A stretch of DNA of 64,000 nt from Carcharhinus amblyrhynchos (Eukaryota), in assembly GCA_965287045.1 (NCBI GenBank), contig OZ336874.1:46810001-46874000 (forward strand), written 5' to 3'. Below are positions 1-12,707 of the stretch, one piece after another. How positions within the stretch are numbered: the stretch's first letter is position 1; every line of letters begins with the position of its first letter. The position numbers and the translations under genes are program-made. The notes under the pieces are model-generated. The model saw only the letters and a list, made by a program, of their open reading frames with translations. It made no database searches and had not been told where the DNA came from.

Positions 1-1165
1 GCCTCACACTTGTGCTGACTTGAGGGAAATTCTCTCACAGCTTGCAAGATCTAGAGGGGACAATAAATCTGCTATTTTGCTTATCAATGACCACCCTAAG
101 TCTCAGCCTCAGTACCAGTGACATAGCTGGAATTGGCCACTGGACTTTCATTTCTCAGGATTTTAACAGTGGGTAGGACTCTGGATTACACCATCAGAAA
201 TTTATTGAAGCAGCATGTAAAATTGAGTTGAACATGCAGTTACACAAGGGCTATAAACCAAATCCTGCAGATCAATTTCCAGGTCTCAACCTAATACAAA
301 TGCCTTATTGTGCTAAGAACCCATTATACAAAACTAATGGCCAACCATCTCCCTCAAGTAATATCTAGGCTTATTGCTAGGCAGAAAAGCTTACGTCAAC
401 ACAATGCTGTTACTTGATTAGGAGTAGGGTCAATAACTGTTTAGGATAAAATAAACATGATATTGCAATTTAATTTGATTCTGTTTTTCAATGAGCTCTT
501 GATGTATCATAAGTCTTGGCTGAGGAGAATACCAAATATGATTATAGGGACAAGGAAGATGTTTAAGCATAGAATAATTTGAGTTGACAGAACATTTGGT
601 CTGCATAGCGGGATGAGTTTAATCCAAGGAGAATGTTTTACTAATAATCCCTCATGAATTATCCTTAGAACAGGCACGAAATAGTACTCCGAATCATCAT
701 CATCTTTTGGATGACTAGTTCCTCAGCTTTCACATCAACCTGATTCACCTCTTCCTGGAAGTCTTAATCTTCACAGAATAGAGAAATGGGGAAAGGCACA
801 TAACAAGTATATTAGATCGCCACTTGGAAGAGCACAGTTGTGACCCCTCCAGGTCAAGCAAGATGGCAAAAGCATGCCTTCGGAAACCCAGCAAAGTCCA
901 AATAACCACTTCTGTTGATGAATTGTGTTTGTTGCAGCAATGTTGATTTCGATCACAAATCAGCTCTGCTCTCACTGGATGATGAAACAGACATGAGAAC
1001 TAAACAACCTACTCCTGTTTCTTCCCTGAATAGAACTGGGAGACTATTTCTTCACGACGCAAATGCCATGACAATTTGCGACAAGTCTGGCATCTGATAT
1101 TGATATGCAGGTTTCATTGTAGATGGTCGCAAACAATTTGAACACTGGGGGAAAATGGATATTTA

Positions 1166-1253
1166 GTGGTCTCAAACAGGAGTCTGCAGTGCAACAGATT
1201 CTAGTGGTCTCAAACAGGAGTCTGCAGTGCAACAGATTCCAGTGGTATCAAAC
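1166..1253. repeat. 38-bp tandem repeat (about 2.3 copies)
   Basis: agtggtctcaaacaggagtctgcagtgcaacagattct occurs twice, plus a partial third copy. Confidence 0.9.
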
Positions 1254-1398
1254 CAATGGAAGCAATTCCTGCCCAGTATCCACTCCCAGTAATTGAAGTT
1301 CAGCCACATTACACTAATTAATTTCTTATGATTATATTTTACATTATATTACAAATACTGCACAATTGTTTAAATTATGAACCCATAAATGGTATCAG

Positions 1399-1442
1399 AT
1401 GAATAGTGACATCCTTACATATGAATAGTGACATCCTTACAT
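1399..1442. repeat. 22-bp tandem duplication
   Basis: atgaatagtgacatccttacat occurs twice. Confidence 0.9.
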
Positions 1443-2102
1443 GGAAATAGATTAGAAATAGGAAATAGATAGAAAGAGATAGGAAACAGATTAGTTTCTA
1501 ATCTATTTTATCCCTTGGAAACTACAGGCTTTCTATATGTAATTGAAGGTTGTGTAAACATGGCATAGATTGAAATTGATGGATCGATCTTATTCAGGAT
1601 GATCTGATAAGTAGTGCAATGCCATTTCCTCAAATGCATTCAGTTGCCATTCATTAACATTTAAGTTATAAAAGAAGTATTTCTCAACGCATTCAAAATC
1701 AATCAGTAGGTTTACAGACAGTATTTCTAAAATGATGTTTCATTTTGTTTTTATGTACATTTACTAAGCATAGAAATTCAAACTAAATAATTAAGAAATT
1801 CAAAGTTTCCAAACAGAAGCTTTCAGTTTGAAGATGAGACAATAATAGTTAAATGCATATGTTAAAAGTGATCTTACCGAAAATAACATTTTTTCTTAAC
1901 TTTCAGGCAATGATACAAAACATAAAATTGAGGTATAAAAATGTTTTCAATGTGAATAACAATATTCCCAACAAGGTAACAACAGGTTCAATTGAGATGA
2001 AAAATAAAATTTGATTAAATAAAAGGATATTTAATTCATTTGTTTGTAAACTTGCGTGCAATTTTACACTGGATTAAACATTTTGGTTTGTACTTTATGA
2101 TT

Positions 2103-2367
2103 TAGTTTAAGTTTATTTATTAGTGCCACACGTAGGCTTACAGTAATACTGCAATGAAGTTACTGTGAAAATCCCCATGTTACCACACTCCAGCACCTGT
2201 TTGGGTACAATGAGGGACAACTTAGCATGGCCGATGCACCGACCAACACGTCTTTCAGACTGTGGGAGGAAATCGGGGCATCAAGAGGAAACCCACGAAC
2301 AGGGAGAACATGCAAACACCACACAGGTAGTGACCTAAGCCAGGAATTGAACCTAGGACCCTGGCAC
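2103..2367 (-). mobile_element. tRNA-derived V-SINE, 5'-truncated, with non-CR1 tail
   Basis: Reverse complement of the V-domain (tggtttgcatgttctccc...tttcctcccacagtctgaaagac). Tail ...gtaacttcattgcag...ctaataaataaactt. Confidence 0.8.
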
Positions 2368-2672
2368 AACTCTGTTGCTTAAATTTTAGCTTGGAGTTAT
2401 GTTTTGTGCATTGGGTCTTTTATGAGGTCAAAAAACCTGGAAGAATGGGTTCCTGAATATTTTGAAGAATTTAACTGCAGGGCTAATTTAAATGGGGCTC
2501 CTGTCCACAAGCAGCCTGATGTGTGAGGCCTATGTCTCAGGGCCAAAGCCTAAGAGATCTGGAAAGAATGCTTCCTAGGCCTCTCATTCCTATCTGAAGA
2601 TCCTCCTTCAGAGTGTGTGAAGATCTGCAGTATGGTAAGCTCTCCCAAGTGTCAATACCTTGTCACTTACAT

Positions 2673-2861
2673 TGTTAAGGCTTGTTAATATCATGTCAAT
2701 TGCATTATTAAAGTTAAGAGAAACAGGTGAAGGGCACATATAAACTGGGGATAACTGGGACCCTGGGGAGTGAGAGACTGAATAAGTGAATAAAAGACTT
2801 CAGTAGAGAATAGCTCTGTGTCTTGGTTTTCGTTTCACCAACTGGCCTGGATCCAATTAAC
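2673..2861 (+). mobile_element. Probable solo LTR
   Basis: Bounded by TGTT...AACA, with internal TATAAA and AATAAA. Confidence 0.45.
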
Positions 2862-3124
2862 ACCGAGGACTGTAGGAACAGGACATCCTCTTCAAACAAG
2901 CAGAACTGGATGAAAGTGGATGAGGGAATCAACAGCAGATGTGTACTCCCTCAAATCTGGAGACGGTGTAGCTTAAGGATGTCCTGATGAGGGAATCAAG
3001 TGCGTCATAACACCTTCAGGTTCCAGCTTGCACATTCTGACTTGCTCAACTTTCCTCTGCACAGCACTCCTCAGATCAACACACCTTGGAGATGCACTCA
3101 ATACTTTCTCTGCAGATACCTTGT

Positions 3125-3240
3125 CCAGAATTTCACTGTACAGGTCGCCACGGGAATCAGAGTGGGCGAGGGGCAGAACATGGAAAGATCCGTTGACCTC
3201 GGGTGGGATTCAGGACGAGCGAGGCTTTAAAATCGTGCCC
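3125..3240. mobile_element. Short MITE-like GC-rich element
   Basis: Ends in aaaatcgtgccc. Related to elements at ~28175-28290 and ~32759-32890, which have ...agaatcctgccc / agaattccggcc termini. Confidence 0.45.
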
Positions 3241-4266
3241 TTCAAGTCCTGATTTGAACAGCCATCCTTCAAACTCACCCTCAGTCGAATGCATTCTTAC
3301 ACCCATGTTTCCCAGTTACCCTGCAAAAATGTTATCCTTCCCACCATGCCACATAAGCCTCAACAAATACTCACACCTTTCTGCTTTCTCTCCTTGCAGG
3401 GAATGCAGCATGTTGAGGATGGGGTATCTATTTTTATCTCCTTGCTTCCCGGGGGAGGGGGAATAGAAAAGACTACTGTATCTGTTACTGGATAGCAGTC
3501 AGCTCTCATGAGCAATTCAAGCTTTACTTGTTTCCCTTCACAAAAGTCTTCAGACAATTCCTTTTGTTATTTTTTGCAACAAATGATCATACTTTAGGTT
3601 AAATTTCCATGTGCATAGATGTATGTCAACAGTAGCAATGAAGTGCACCTAAAACTCCATGCATATGTTTCTTGCTACTTGTTAAAATTGTGATGTTTTA
3701 TTCTGATCTACAGAATAGTAATTTCAGTGTTTAATGTGTAATTACTGAAAACATGGCAGGATCTGCTCTTGCCAGTATCTGAAAGGTCATCAGTGATTCA
3801 GTATTGCACTTTCACTCAAACTTACCAGACAAGGAATATTCTGGGAAACATTAATCAGAGATTTATGCTGACAATAAATACATTTTTGTTGATCCCCATT
3901 TTTCATTTCTAGTTAAGCCATCCAATAAAACTGGGCATAAGGAAGCTCTGCTCCCATTTCCTGAAAAATTGTAAATATTCAATTGCCTCTGGTTATATTT
4001 GAAGAGGATTACCATGCCAGTACATATTACGATAAACATACTGTGACCACATATGAGTATTCTCTCAGTGGGCTTGATCACTAAGTGACTGTTCAGCGAT
4101 ACATCAATTCATTTTTAATAGGAGGCTGCAGAAAACTACAATAATGTAGAATCCTTTTTTTAGACAAACTTAAAGTCAGACTCAGTTTTCAAAGGAAACT
4201 GAGGAACTGCTGTGTGCTCTGTTTCACAGAGACATGGCTCACTCCTGCTTCGCTGGACTGTGCCCT

Positions 4267-4506
4267 ACACAGTAAAAAGTCTGACAACACCAGGTTTTAG
4301 TCCAACCTATTTATTTGATAATATACTCAAGCTTTCGGGGTTAGTCCCTTCGTCAGGTGAATGGAGAGCCATTCACCTGACGAAGGGACTAACCCCGAAA
4401 GCTTGTGAGTATATTATCAAATAAATAGGTTGGACTAAAACCTGGTGTTGTCAGACTTTTTACTGTGTTTACGCCAGTCCAACGCCGGCATACCCACATC
4501 ATGACT
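4267..4506. mobile_element. Penelope-like pseudo-LTR insertion in inverted arrangement, with hammerhead-ribozyme-type cores
   Basis: Inverted arms 4267-4364 and 4369-4468 with loop AGAG. Each arm carries CTGACGA-AGGGACTAACCCC-GAAAGCTT. TSD actgtgccctaca at 4257-4269 and 4507-4519. Confidence 0.8.
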
Positions 4507-5352
4507 ACTGTGCCCTACAGCCAGAGGGCTTCTCAATCCACCAAATGGACTGTACAGTGGCCTCAGGCAAGGGAGGTGAAGTCTGTTTTCTAATCAAGAC
4601 TTGGTGCCTAGACATAACACTGGCGGACCTAGAACACCTGACGCTAATATGCCACCCTTATTATCTTCTGTGGGAATTCACCTTTGTTATCCTGACAGGA
4701 GTTTCCTTCCCACCCCACGCGGACATGAAGATTGCACTGGACGAAATATATACCACCACAATCAGCCTTGAGATGAAACATCCCAAGACTTCGTTCATCA
4801 TGGCCAGGGACTTTAATCAGGCCAAGCTCAAGAATGTCCTATCAAGATACACCAGCATGTCTCCTGTTCCACCAGGGACTCAAACATTCTAGGCCACTGT
4901 TACTCTATCGCACGGCCATACTTTGGCAAATCAGACCACAAGACTGTGCTCCTGCTCCCAACTTACAAACGAAAACTGAAATGGGAGAATCCATTAAAGA
5001 AAGTCATGCAATATTTAAAAACTCAGCAACCGGTCTGCCACTACAGTAACTGACTTCATTAGTAAGCGTGTAGAAGACTGTGTGCCAAAGAAACAAATCT
5101 GTATGTTTCCCCAACTGTAATCCATGGATTAACAGGGATAACCACTGCTTGCTGAAGTCCAAGTCTGAGGTGTTCAAGTCAAGCAACCTTGATCTATACA
5201 AGAAAGCCAGATACAATCTAAGGAGATTCATTAAAGTTGCCAAGAGATAGGACCTGACCAAGCTAACGTCCCAGGCTAGCTACACAGACTCCCATCGACT
5301 ATGGCAAGGTCTGCACGATGTAACAGGCTACAAGATAAAAACGTGTAAAATT

Positions 5353-5640
5353 GCAGTGGCACAGTCATTGGCACTGCTACCTCACATCGCCAGAGACTCG
5401 GGTTCGATTCACAGCTTGGGTCACTGACTGTGGAGTCTATATTCTGCCCGTGTCTGCGCGAGTTTCCTTCAGTACTCTGGTCTCCTCCCACAGTCTGAAA
5501 GATGTACTAGCTAGGTACACTGGCCATGCTAAATTCTCCCTCAGTGTACCTGAGCAGGCGCTAGAGTGTGGCAACTAGGAGATTTTCACAGTAACTTCAT
5601 TACAGCGTTAATGTAAGTTTACTTGTGACACTAATAAGAA
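5353..5640 (+). mobile_element. tRNA-derived V-SINE inserted in the Rex1/Babar LINE
   Basis: Head gcagtggcacagt...gggttcgattc (A/B boxes), V-domain, and the same tail as 2103-2367. Confidence 0.85.
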
Positions 5641-8600
5641 AAGCTTTAGCCAAACCCATATCCAAGGTCACCATTTCAGACATCAGAGCAACCTGCTCGA
5701 AAGTCAACCCACGGAAAACGACTGGCCCGGATCAGGTACAAACGAGCTCACAGATCCTGCACAGACCAGCCGGTTGGGGTATTTGCAGACATCTTCAACC
5801 TCTCTTCACACCAATCTGAGGTCCCTATCTGCTTCAAGAAGACGACCATCATCCTGGTACTAAAGAAAAGCCAAGCAGCATGCCCTAATGACTGATATCC
5901 ATCATTATGAAGTGCTTCAAAAGGTTAGTCATGGCACAAATCAATTCCAGCCTCCCAGACTGCCTGGATCCACTACAGTTCACCTATTGCCACAACAGGT
6001 CTACAGCAAACATCATCTCCCTGGCCCTACACACAACCCTGGAACACCTGGATAACAAAGACACCGATATCAGACTTCTATTTATTGACTACAGCTCAAA
6101 CCTTCAACACCACTGTTCTGAGAAAACTCATTTCCAAACTCCATGGTCTGGGGCTCAGCTCCTCCCTCTGCGACTGGATCTTAGATTTCCTAACTACAGA
6201 CCGCAATCAGTAAGGATAAGTAACACCTGCTCCACGATCATACTCAACACCAGTACCCCACAATGCTGAGTCCTCAGCCCCTTACTATATTCCTTAAACA
6301 CCTTTGCCTTTGTGGCCAAATTCCTCTTCAACTCAATTTTCAAGTTTGCTGATGACATCATCGTAGTAGGTCGGATCTCAAACAATGATGAGACGGAGTT
6401 CAGAAAAGGGATAGAGAATCTGGTGAAGTGGTACAACGACAAACTCTCCTTCAATGTCAACAAAATGAAGGAGATAGTCATCGACTTCAGAAAGCGTAGT
6501 GGAGGACATGCTGTCTACATCAATGGGGCTGAAGTGGAAATGGTCGAAAACTTCAAGTTTCTAGGTTTCCAGTTCACCAACAACCTGTCCTGATCCCTCC
6601 AAGCCAAGGCTATCATTAAGAAAGCCCAACAAAGTCCTTACTTTTGCAGAAGACTAAGGAAATTTGGCATGCACACTATGATTCTCACCAACTTTTACAG
6701 ATGCACAGCTGGTTGTATCAGAACTTGGTATGGCTCCTGCTCTGCCCAAGATCGCAATAAATTACAAATGGTCATAAACAAAGCCCAGTCCATCACACAA
6801 ACCAGCTACCCATCCATTGACTGTGTCTGCACTTTCCGCTGCCTCGGAAAAGCAGCCAGGATAACCAAGGACCCCACAAATCCCAGACATTCTCTCGCCC
6901 ATCTTCTTCCATCAAGAAAAAAAAGATACAAAAGTCTAGAACAACCGACTCAAGAACAGCTTCTTCCCTGCTGCCATCAAATGTTTGAAAGAACATACCT
7001 TGTATTAAGTTGATCTTTCTCTACACCCTAGCTATGACTGTAACATTACACTCCGCACCTTCTTTCCTTCTCTACGTACGGTATGTTTTGTCTGTATAGC
7101 GCCCAAGAAACAAAATTCCTCACTGTATACTAAAACATGCAACAATAAGTCAAATCAAATCTCTCTGCTAAATACTTGCTAATCACAAAGCTCCTGATTA
7201 TTGTAATTTACAGAGTCAGTATGTACACTACTCGACAACCAAAGAAGCATTTAAAAGATACATTCCAAATCAGCAGATTTTCTCAGCAGGATGATATCAA
7301 AGCATGTGACAGACAAAAAATAGTAAGCTAAACGCTGAGGAAAGTAGCTGGCTGAACATCTAAATTAAAATATTGACTAATTGGGGAGAAAATGAACAAC
7401 GTATCTCGCAGATGAAACTTCAGCTGTACATTTAAACTGTTTAGAAGATTGGTATCCTGCATATTATATTGATTCAAAAATTAATGGGTAATCTTGCCAC
7501 TGAACCTGGGATTGGATTCAGAGGCTGGATCTTCCCTCCATATACAATGGAAAACTCAAACTGTTGCTACATTTTCATAAATATTGGTCCATATTTTGTG
7601 AGATAGCCATGGTGGAAAGGGGCTGGTCAACGATAGCAAACTATCAGAGTTCACCATGATTATTCCTCTGCAAACTGGTGTCAACTTTAGGATCTTAGAT
7701 ATGTACATATTATCCTGAAGTTGTGACCTCTCATTCAAAGCTTTGATGCAAGCTGTACTTTGTATACCGGAACCAGCAGTCATAAAATCAGAAAGATTTT
7801 TAACTTTCCTGTTCCTACTTTGCCATTTGAAATCCCCGAAAAAAATTACACTTTGTTCAATCCTGTAAAAGTGGGTCATTAATAGTGATGTGATTCATAA
7901 AATTAAAAGAACAACAGGGCTGGCTTAGAAAAAGTAATTTGATCATCACGGAGCACTGCTAAATGATGAACTGGCATATATTGTTTGAAGTATATTTAAA
8001 TAATTTATTTTTATTAAAATGTTTTTCAAAATATTTTACCTTCTAACTTCACACAATTGTTAATTTATTTTATATAAAAACAAGTGATGTTATTTCATTT
8101 TTTTTGCTTTCTGTTTATGGGAATGTGGAAATTCTGAGACTGTGAAGATCCTTTAATATAGCTACCTTGGCAGTCTGATGATACAGCTGTTGCATGCTGG
8201 GAATGCCCAGTAAAGCATGTCGCCAATCTTATGCAAAATCACTGCATGGTAATGCAGATGAATTTGGAGATCACTTGATTTCTCAAGCTATCCAACTTTG
8301 TGTCAGCAATGAGAACCATTAACTACAAACTTCAGTCCAACAATGGCTTAGAAAGGTTTGCACTCTTGCATTCTCTTGGAGATCCCACCAGGCCTGTCAA
8401 CCTGGTTCCCAGCCTATCCCAAGAAAGAGCTCTGAAAGGTATTGCAAAATCGATTCCAATCCTGAAAAGGGCTTCAACCAAATGAGGCAGTTTCCTCACA
8501 AGGTGGAGATTGGGTATTTCTATAAATTAACCTCAATCAGCCAGACCTACTTACATATCTCCATATTATATCTTGCTTCATAAAATGATAACATAGTGAA

Positions 8601-9869
8601 CTGGTGCCAGATCTCCTCCTAACCTGATTACAAAATTATTTGTATTTTAAAACCTTAACTATATTGCTTTGTATATTACTTCGATATTAAGATGGTCTAT
8701 GAATTGTCAAATATGCATCATAGATTATATCAAAGAGTATATTCTTCATAACGAGTAAACTGGTCTGTAGAAGAATATTAATTCAATTCAACATTAGGCA
8801 ATTAAAATCAACAATATCAATTTCACAATTTGCATATAGTTGACAAAGCAAACTCAACTGTTCAGTCTCAAAGGTCAGTTGCAAAAATCAAGGCACTTCA
8901 ATTATCAACACACAGAACAAAGTAACCTACTTTAAGTCATGAATTAATCATCTGGTTCATTCTACATTTCAAACCAAGCAATCGACTTGATAATGGTTGG
9001 ATTGTGGTGAGTGAAGAGAGAAAAGCTTGTGCATGAAACAAAGATTACGAGTAGGCTGCACTATGTTCACTTCAGAGGATTTTTTCAAGAGGCCCCATTT
9101 AGTCCTAGTTGAAAAGGGATTCTTTCAAATCCCTAATTTATAGCTAATTTAAAAGAAATGACCTCTGTGTATCGAAGCTACAATCTGCAAAACATGCAAC
9201 AATTTAAATGTTTCATTAGATGGGAACTTTGCAAAATAAATGCACTGAAGCATAATTCCTAAAAAGCCCCCAGCTTTAACATTAGTATATAATGATTCAG
9301 AACTTCCTGGAACAACCCAATCTTTGATTTGTGCCATAAATTACATGCTTTTCTGCCCTGATCTTCCTGTTGTGAATTTACTCCAAAATCTCCTGGAAAA
9401 GTAGATGCAATATACCACAATGTGCATAATGTAGAATCATTGACTTCAGAAGCAACACAACTTATTCCAACTATATTTTTTAATAAGTTGATCAATAGTG
9501 GCATAAACTAAGTTATTGAATTAGATTTCAAATTCTTTCAATTTACTGAGTTTGATCAGAATATGGTTTGACTTATGGACCCACTTCAGTTTTCAAGAAC
9601 GTTCTAAATTACAGATTCTTTTCATTAGTTATTTGGACCATAATATTAAGCTACTTATTAAGTTCCAATTTCGTGGAGCTACATCCCGAGGGTTTCTAAA
9701 GTATGTCTAAGGCTGTATTAGCTTCGGCACTATTAGGCATTCTGGAAGTCACCTTGATCAGAGGTAGGTCTTTTTTATGCTAACGAGAGACCAAATACCT
9801 GTTTAATTACCCTTTCCTGAAATTAGTTAGAAACTGAGTGCTGGAAGCCAGAAGCATAAAAATGTGCTT

Positions 9870-10830
9870 TTCTTAAAAACTTACTTTAATATGGATCCAG
9901 AAAAAGCAGGAAATGCAGCAATACTGCACGCAATCATTAGTCCAAATGCAAATCACTTCCCTTCACCACAACAGTGTACACTTCTCCCACCTTCTCCAGA
10001 GATTTGTACACAAAAAAAGCATACCCAATGTCACCTCCATCCTGATGGCTATCTTTGTCAGTAGCTTGATCAAGCTGCGTGTGAACCCTTGGCATGCTTG
10101 GGTGGCAGAGGTTGCAAGCCACAGAAAAAAAATCATTATCATCGGAACCGGATGATCCAGCCATCGGCCAATAGCATACCATCTCCACTACCAGGCAGCA
10201 ACATTCCCCCCAGGTGGTGAAAGGAACTACTGTACCCTGTAGAATGATCCCCGATCAGATTTTCAAAGACATTTGTCAGAATGCCTCATTTTCAAACAAG
10301 CACTAAGACGTATCTTTGATGGTGATGAGAAGAGTCCTACCTGCATGCCTGAAGTCTCACCATCTCTGTATGCTGCCCTCAAAGTGGGGAAGAGAACATT
10401 GCCCACCTCCTTCCAGAATGTGCCTTTGCAAAGCAGGTCAGGAAATTGTTTTTTTTTGGTCAAGGTTCATCCTGAGCAGTTCTGCAACGTAGGACTCAAT
10501 GCTCTACAACCTGGTCACAGGGACACATACAAAGAGGGACATCAACTGCTTCAGGAGGACCATCAGCTCAGTAAATGAAATTCTTTGGTCTGCCCATAGC
10601 TTTCTGGCATTCCTGTGCAAAGAGCTGTCAACAACTGAATTTACTGCAAACTGGCACATCCCAAGACCCTGCACTACCTGCTGGAAAACACGCTAAAGCT
10701 TGGAGAAGCTGCCGTAAAGGCTCAATGAGGAACGATACTGTCTAAGGCCTTACCACCACAACACACCAACAGTCTGGAAACAATGTGAAACTCCTTGGGC
10801 TTTTTGTTTGACATGAAATGAACATTGTAA
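9870..10830 (+). mobile_element. L1/Tx1-type LINE, 3' ORF2 remnant
   Basis: Frameshifted KSIPNVTSILMAIFV..IKL.V.P, followed by a decayed zf-RVT-like region (…HL.QNVPL/ECAFAK…, LYNL..GTHT) typical of Tx1 ORF2 C-termini. Confidence 0.6.
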
Positions 10831-11058
10831 ATATAAGTTGTAATTACGTGTAGGGAGGCACTCAGAGTGCCATATACTGTACTGAAAAACTGATCAGTAT
10901 TACACTTTATGTAATATTAAATTTGAACACTTATAGAATGTGCCTTTACAAATTTTATGAATGAAGTATACTTTTGAGAAGAATTGTACACTCCTGCCAT
11001 CACCCAGGACCTAACCAAGGGCCAGTCACCATCCTTGTCAGCTCAAACTACTCTAGAG

Positions 11059-12707
11059 CAGGTATGTCAAACATGCAACTCATGAAACAGTTTCATCAGC
11101 CCACAGATTCTGCTGGTATTAATTAGTTTGTATTGCCATGTGTCCTGAAATGAGACATAAAATTCCAGTACACACTTCTCAGCACTTGGCGCTGCAGCAG
11201 CACACTGACACTGTACCTAATTCTCGCTCATTTGCTATGGGCAGAGATGCAGGGATTCACTTGGAAGTGACTGGAAAATAATAAAGAGAGAAAGAGAAAT
11301 AGAGAGATGCAAAGTTGGCTGGGTTTGTTGAAGGTGACTATGGGGAAGGACTTTGAAAGGGTTATTAGACTGACAGCAGGATCTAGGGTTGTAAGGTGTG
11401 GATTCAGAAGCTTAGATTAAGTCAACGCAGAGTGTTAGGCGATTGACACTAGGATTCAGTAGGGTAGAGCAACTCTGAGAACATGATCAGGAATAGGAGT
11501 TTGTGTGATGGAGACTGGTACTCGAAAGGGGAAGAAGAGGAGAAATGCAAAGATGCAGGGCTGGGTTGGACGAAGATTATTACAAGAGAGAAGATTGTGA
11601 CTTGGGGTTGGGTTTGGAGGATTGTGAGACTGAGAACAGAATTTGGCATGGGACATAAATGGAGCCATAAGACTGAGATATTGACTGGTGGCTATATGCC
11701 AAGAATCATTTTGGGACCCAGGTGACTTGGTATATGTTACAGGACTAATGTCTGGGGATGGGGGAGGAGGGTGATGGGCTAAGGTTGTAAGTCTCAAGAG
11801 GGAAAAGAATACTGGCATATAGGAGCAAAGGATTGCTTGAATGTTAAAGACTTGGAAATGGGGACTCAAAGGAGAGAAAAGTCAGGTGAAATATGGTCCA
11901 GGGATATGGGCTGGGGGAGAAACGGGAAAGAGATGGTATGAGGCCTATATGCAGCAAAACCAAAAGCAGCAGATGTAGCAGATCTGTGAGAATAGGAAAG
12001 GCACCAGAGAATAGCAGCCAGTAAAGGATTGAGTCAAACCTCAGGGACTTAGCTGTAGGCAAACAGTGACAGATTGTTTCAACTGATGAGCAAATAATGG
12101 ATGGAGACAGAGAATTCTCCCTGCCATCCAGGAGTATTAGAAATGTCAGTGTATGGGGGATCTTAAGAAGAGTTGAGTATGGACTGGCAGTGACCCACAG
12201 TGCTGCTGTGGAGTTTTGGGGTCAACTCCTGCTCCTCCACAGTTCAGAGGGAAAGTAAAGAAAACACCCTTTCCCTGATATTTATATAGTGGCTCTAGCA
12301 GTCCTTTTAAGAAATGCTGTTTGAGCCACTGCCAAACTAAAAATTAGTAAAAGTTTCTATAGCGTATGCTTCATCCCTCCTGTCAGATCTTTCAGGAGGG
12401 TCCTAAAATAGGCTCAGGATGCTTTTTGTATATTTACATTTGATCAAACACTGATTTCAGACACCTGCCAGGGATGCCACGAACAGTAAAAACTAATATG
12501 AAAGTAGCCATGCCACCAATGCAGATTAGATACATGACATTGTGCTGGAAACTGGTATTTATTGCAAACAATTTGCAGCCACAAATGGACAGAACATGTA
12601 CAAATATCAAACCCACCGTGCCCAAATAACTTCAATTGAATGTGGCTCACACCAAACACCAGGGTGTTGGATCAGACTCAATTTATAAACTGAGTTTGAC
12701 ACATGTG
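11059..12707. mobile_element. hAT/Charlie-type DNA transposon remnant containing a nested L2-like fragment
   Basis: TIRs caggtatgtcaaac / gtttgacacatgtg, with degenerate 8-bp TSD ctctagag / atcttgag (NTCTAGAN type). The purine-rich 11300-12100 interval resembles a minus-strand L2. Confidence 0.6.

Larger units (their letters stand above)
4160..7160 (+). mobile_element. Rex1/Babar-type LINE, decayed (APE + RT)
   Basis: Endonuclease-like CCVLCFTETWL...DFNQAKL, then RT motifs MKCFKRLV, LDPLQF, RLLFIDYSS, KFADD and FKFLG. The 3' end carries tcaaa repeats at ~7150. Many frameshifts. Interrupted by a Penelope hairpin and a SINE. Confidence 0.85.

Noticed and set aside
745-975. LSPFL / AFPH / LLDLEG motifs reminiscent of hepadnavirus polymerase and surface proteins
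   Set aside because: The motifs come from overlapping frames of the same few bases, their spacing is wrong, and no YMDD follows. Likely coincidence.
1166-1253. Short direct repeats resembling a CRISPR-like array
   Set aside because: Head-to-tail tandem copies without unique spacers, in eukaryotic intron context.
7556-7879. 107-aa minus-strand ORF in the same orientation as fibrillin
   Set aside because: No recognisable domain, no EGF/TB cysteine spacing and no convincing splice sites.
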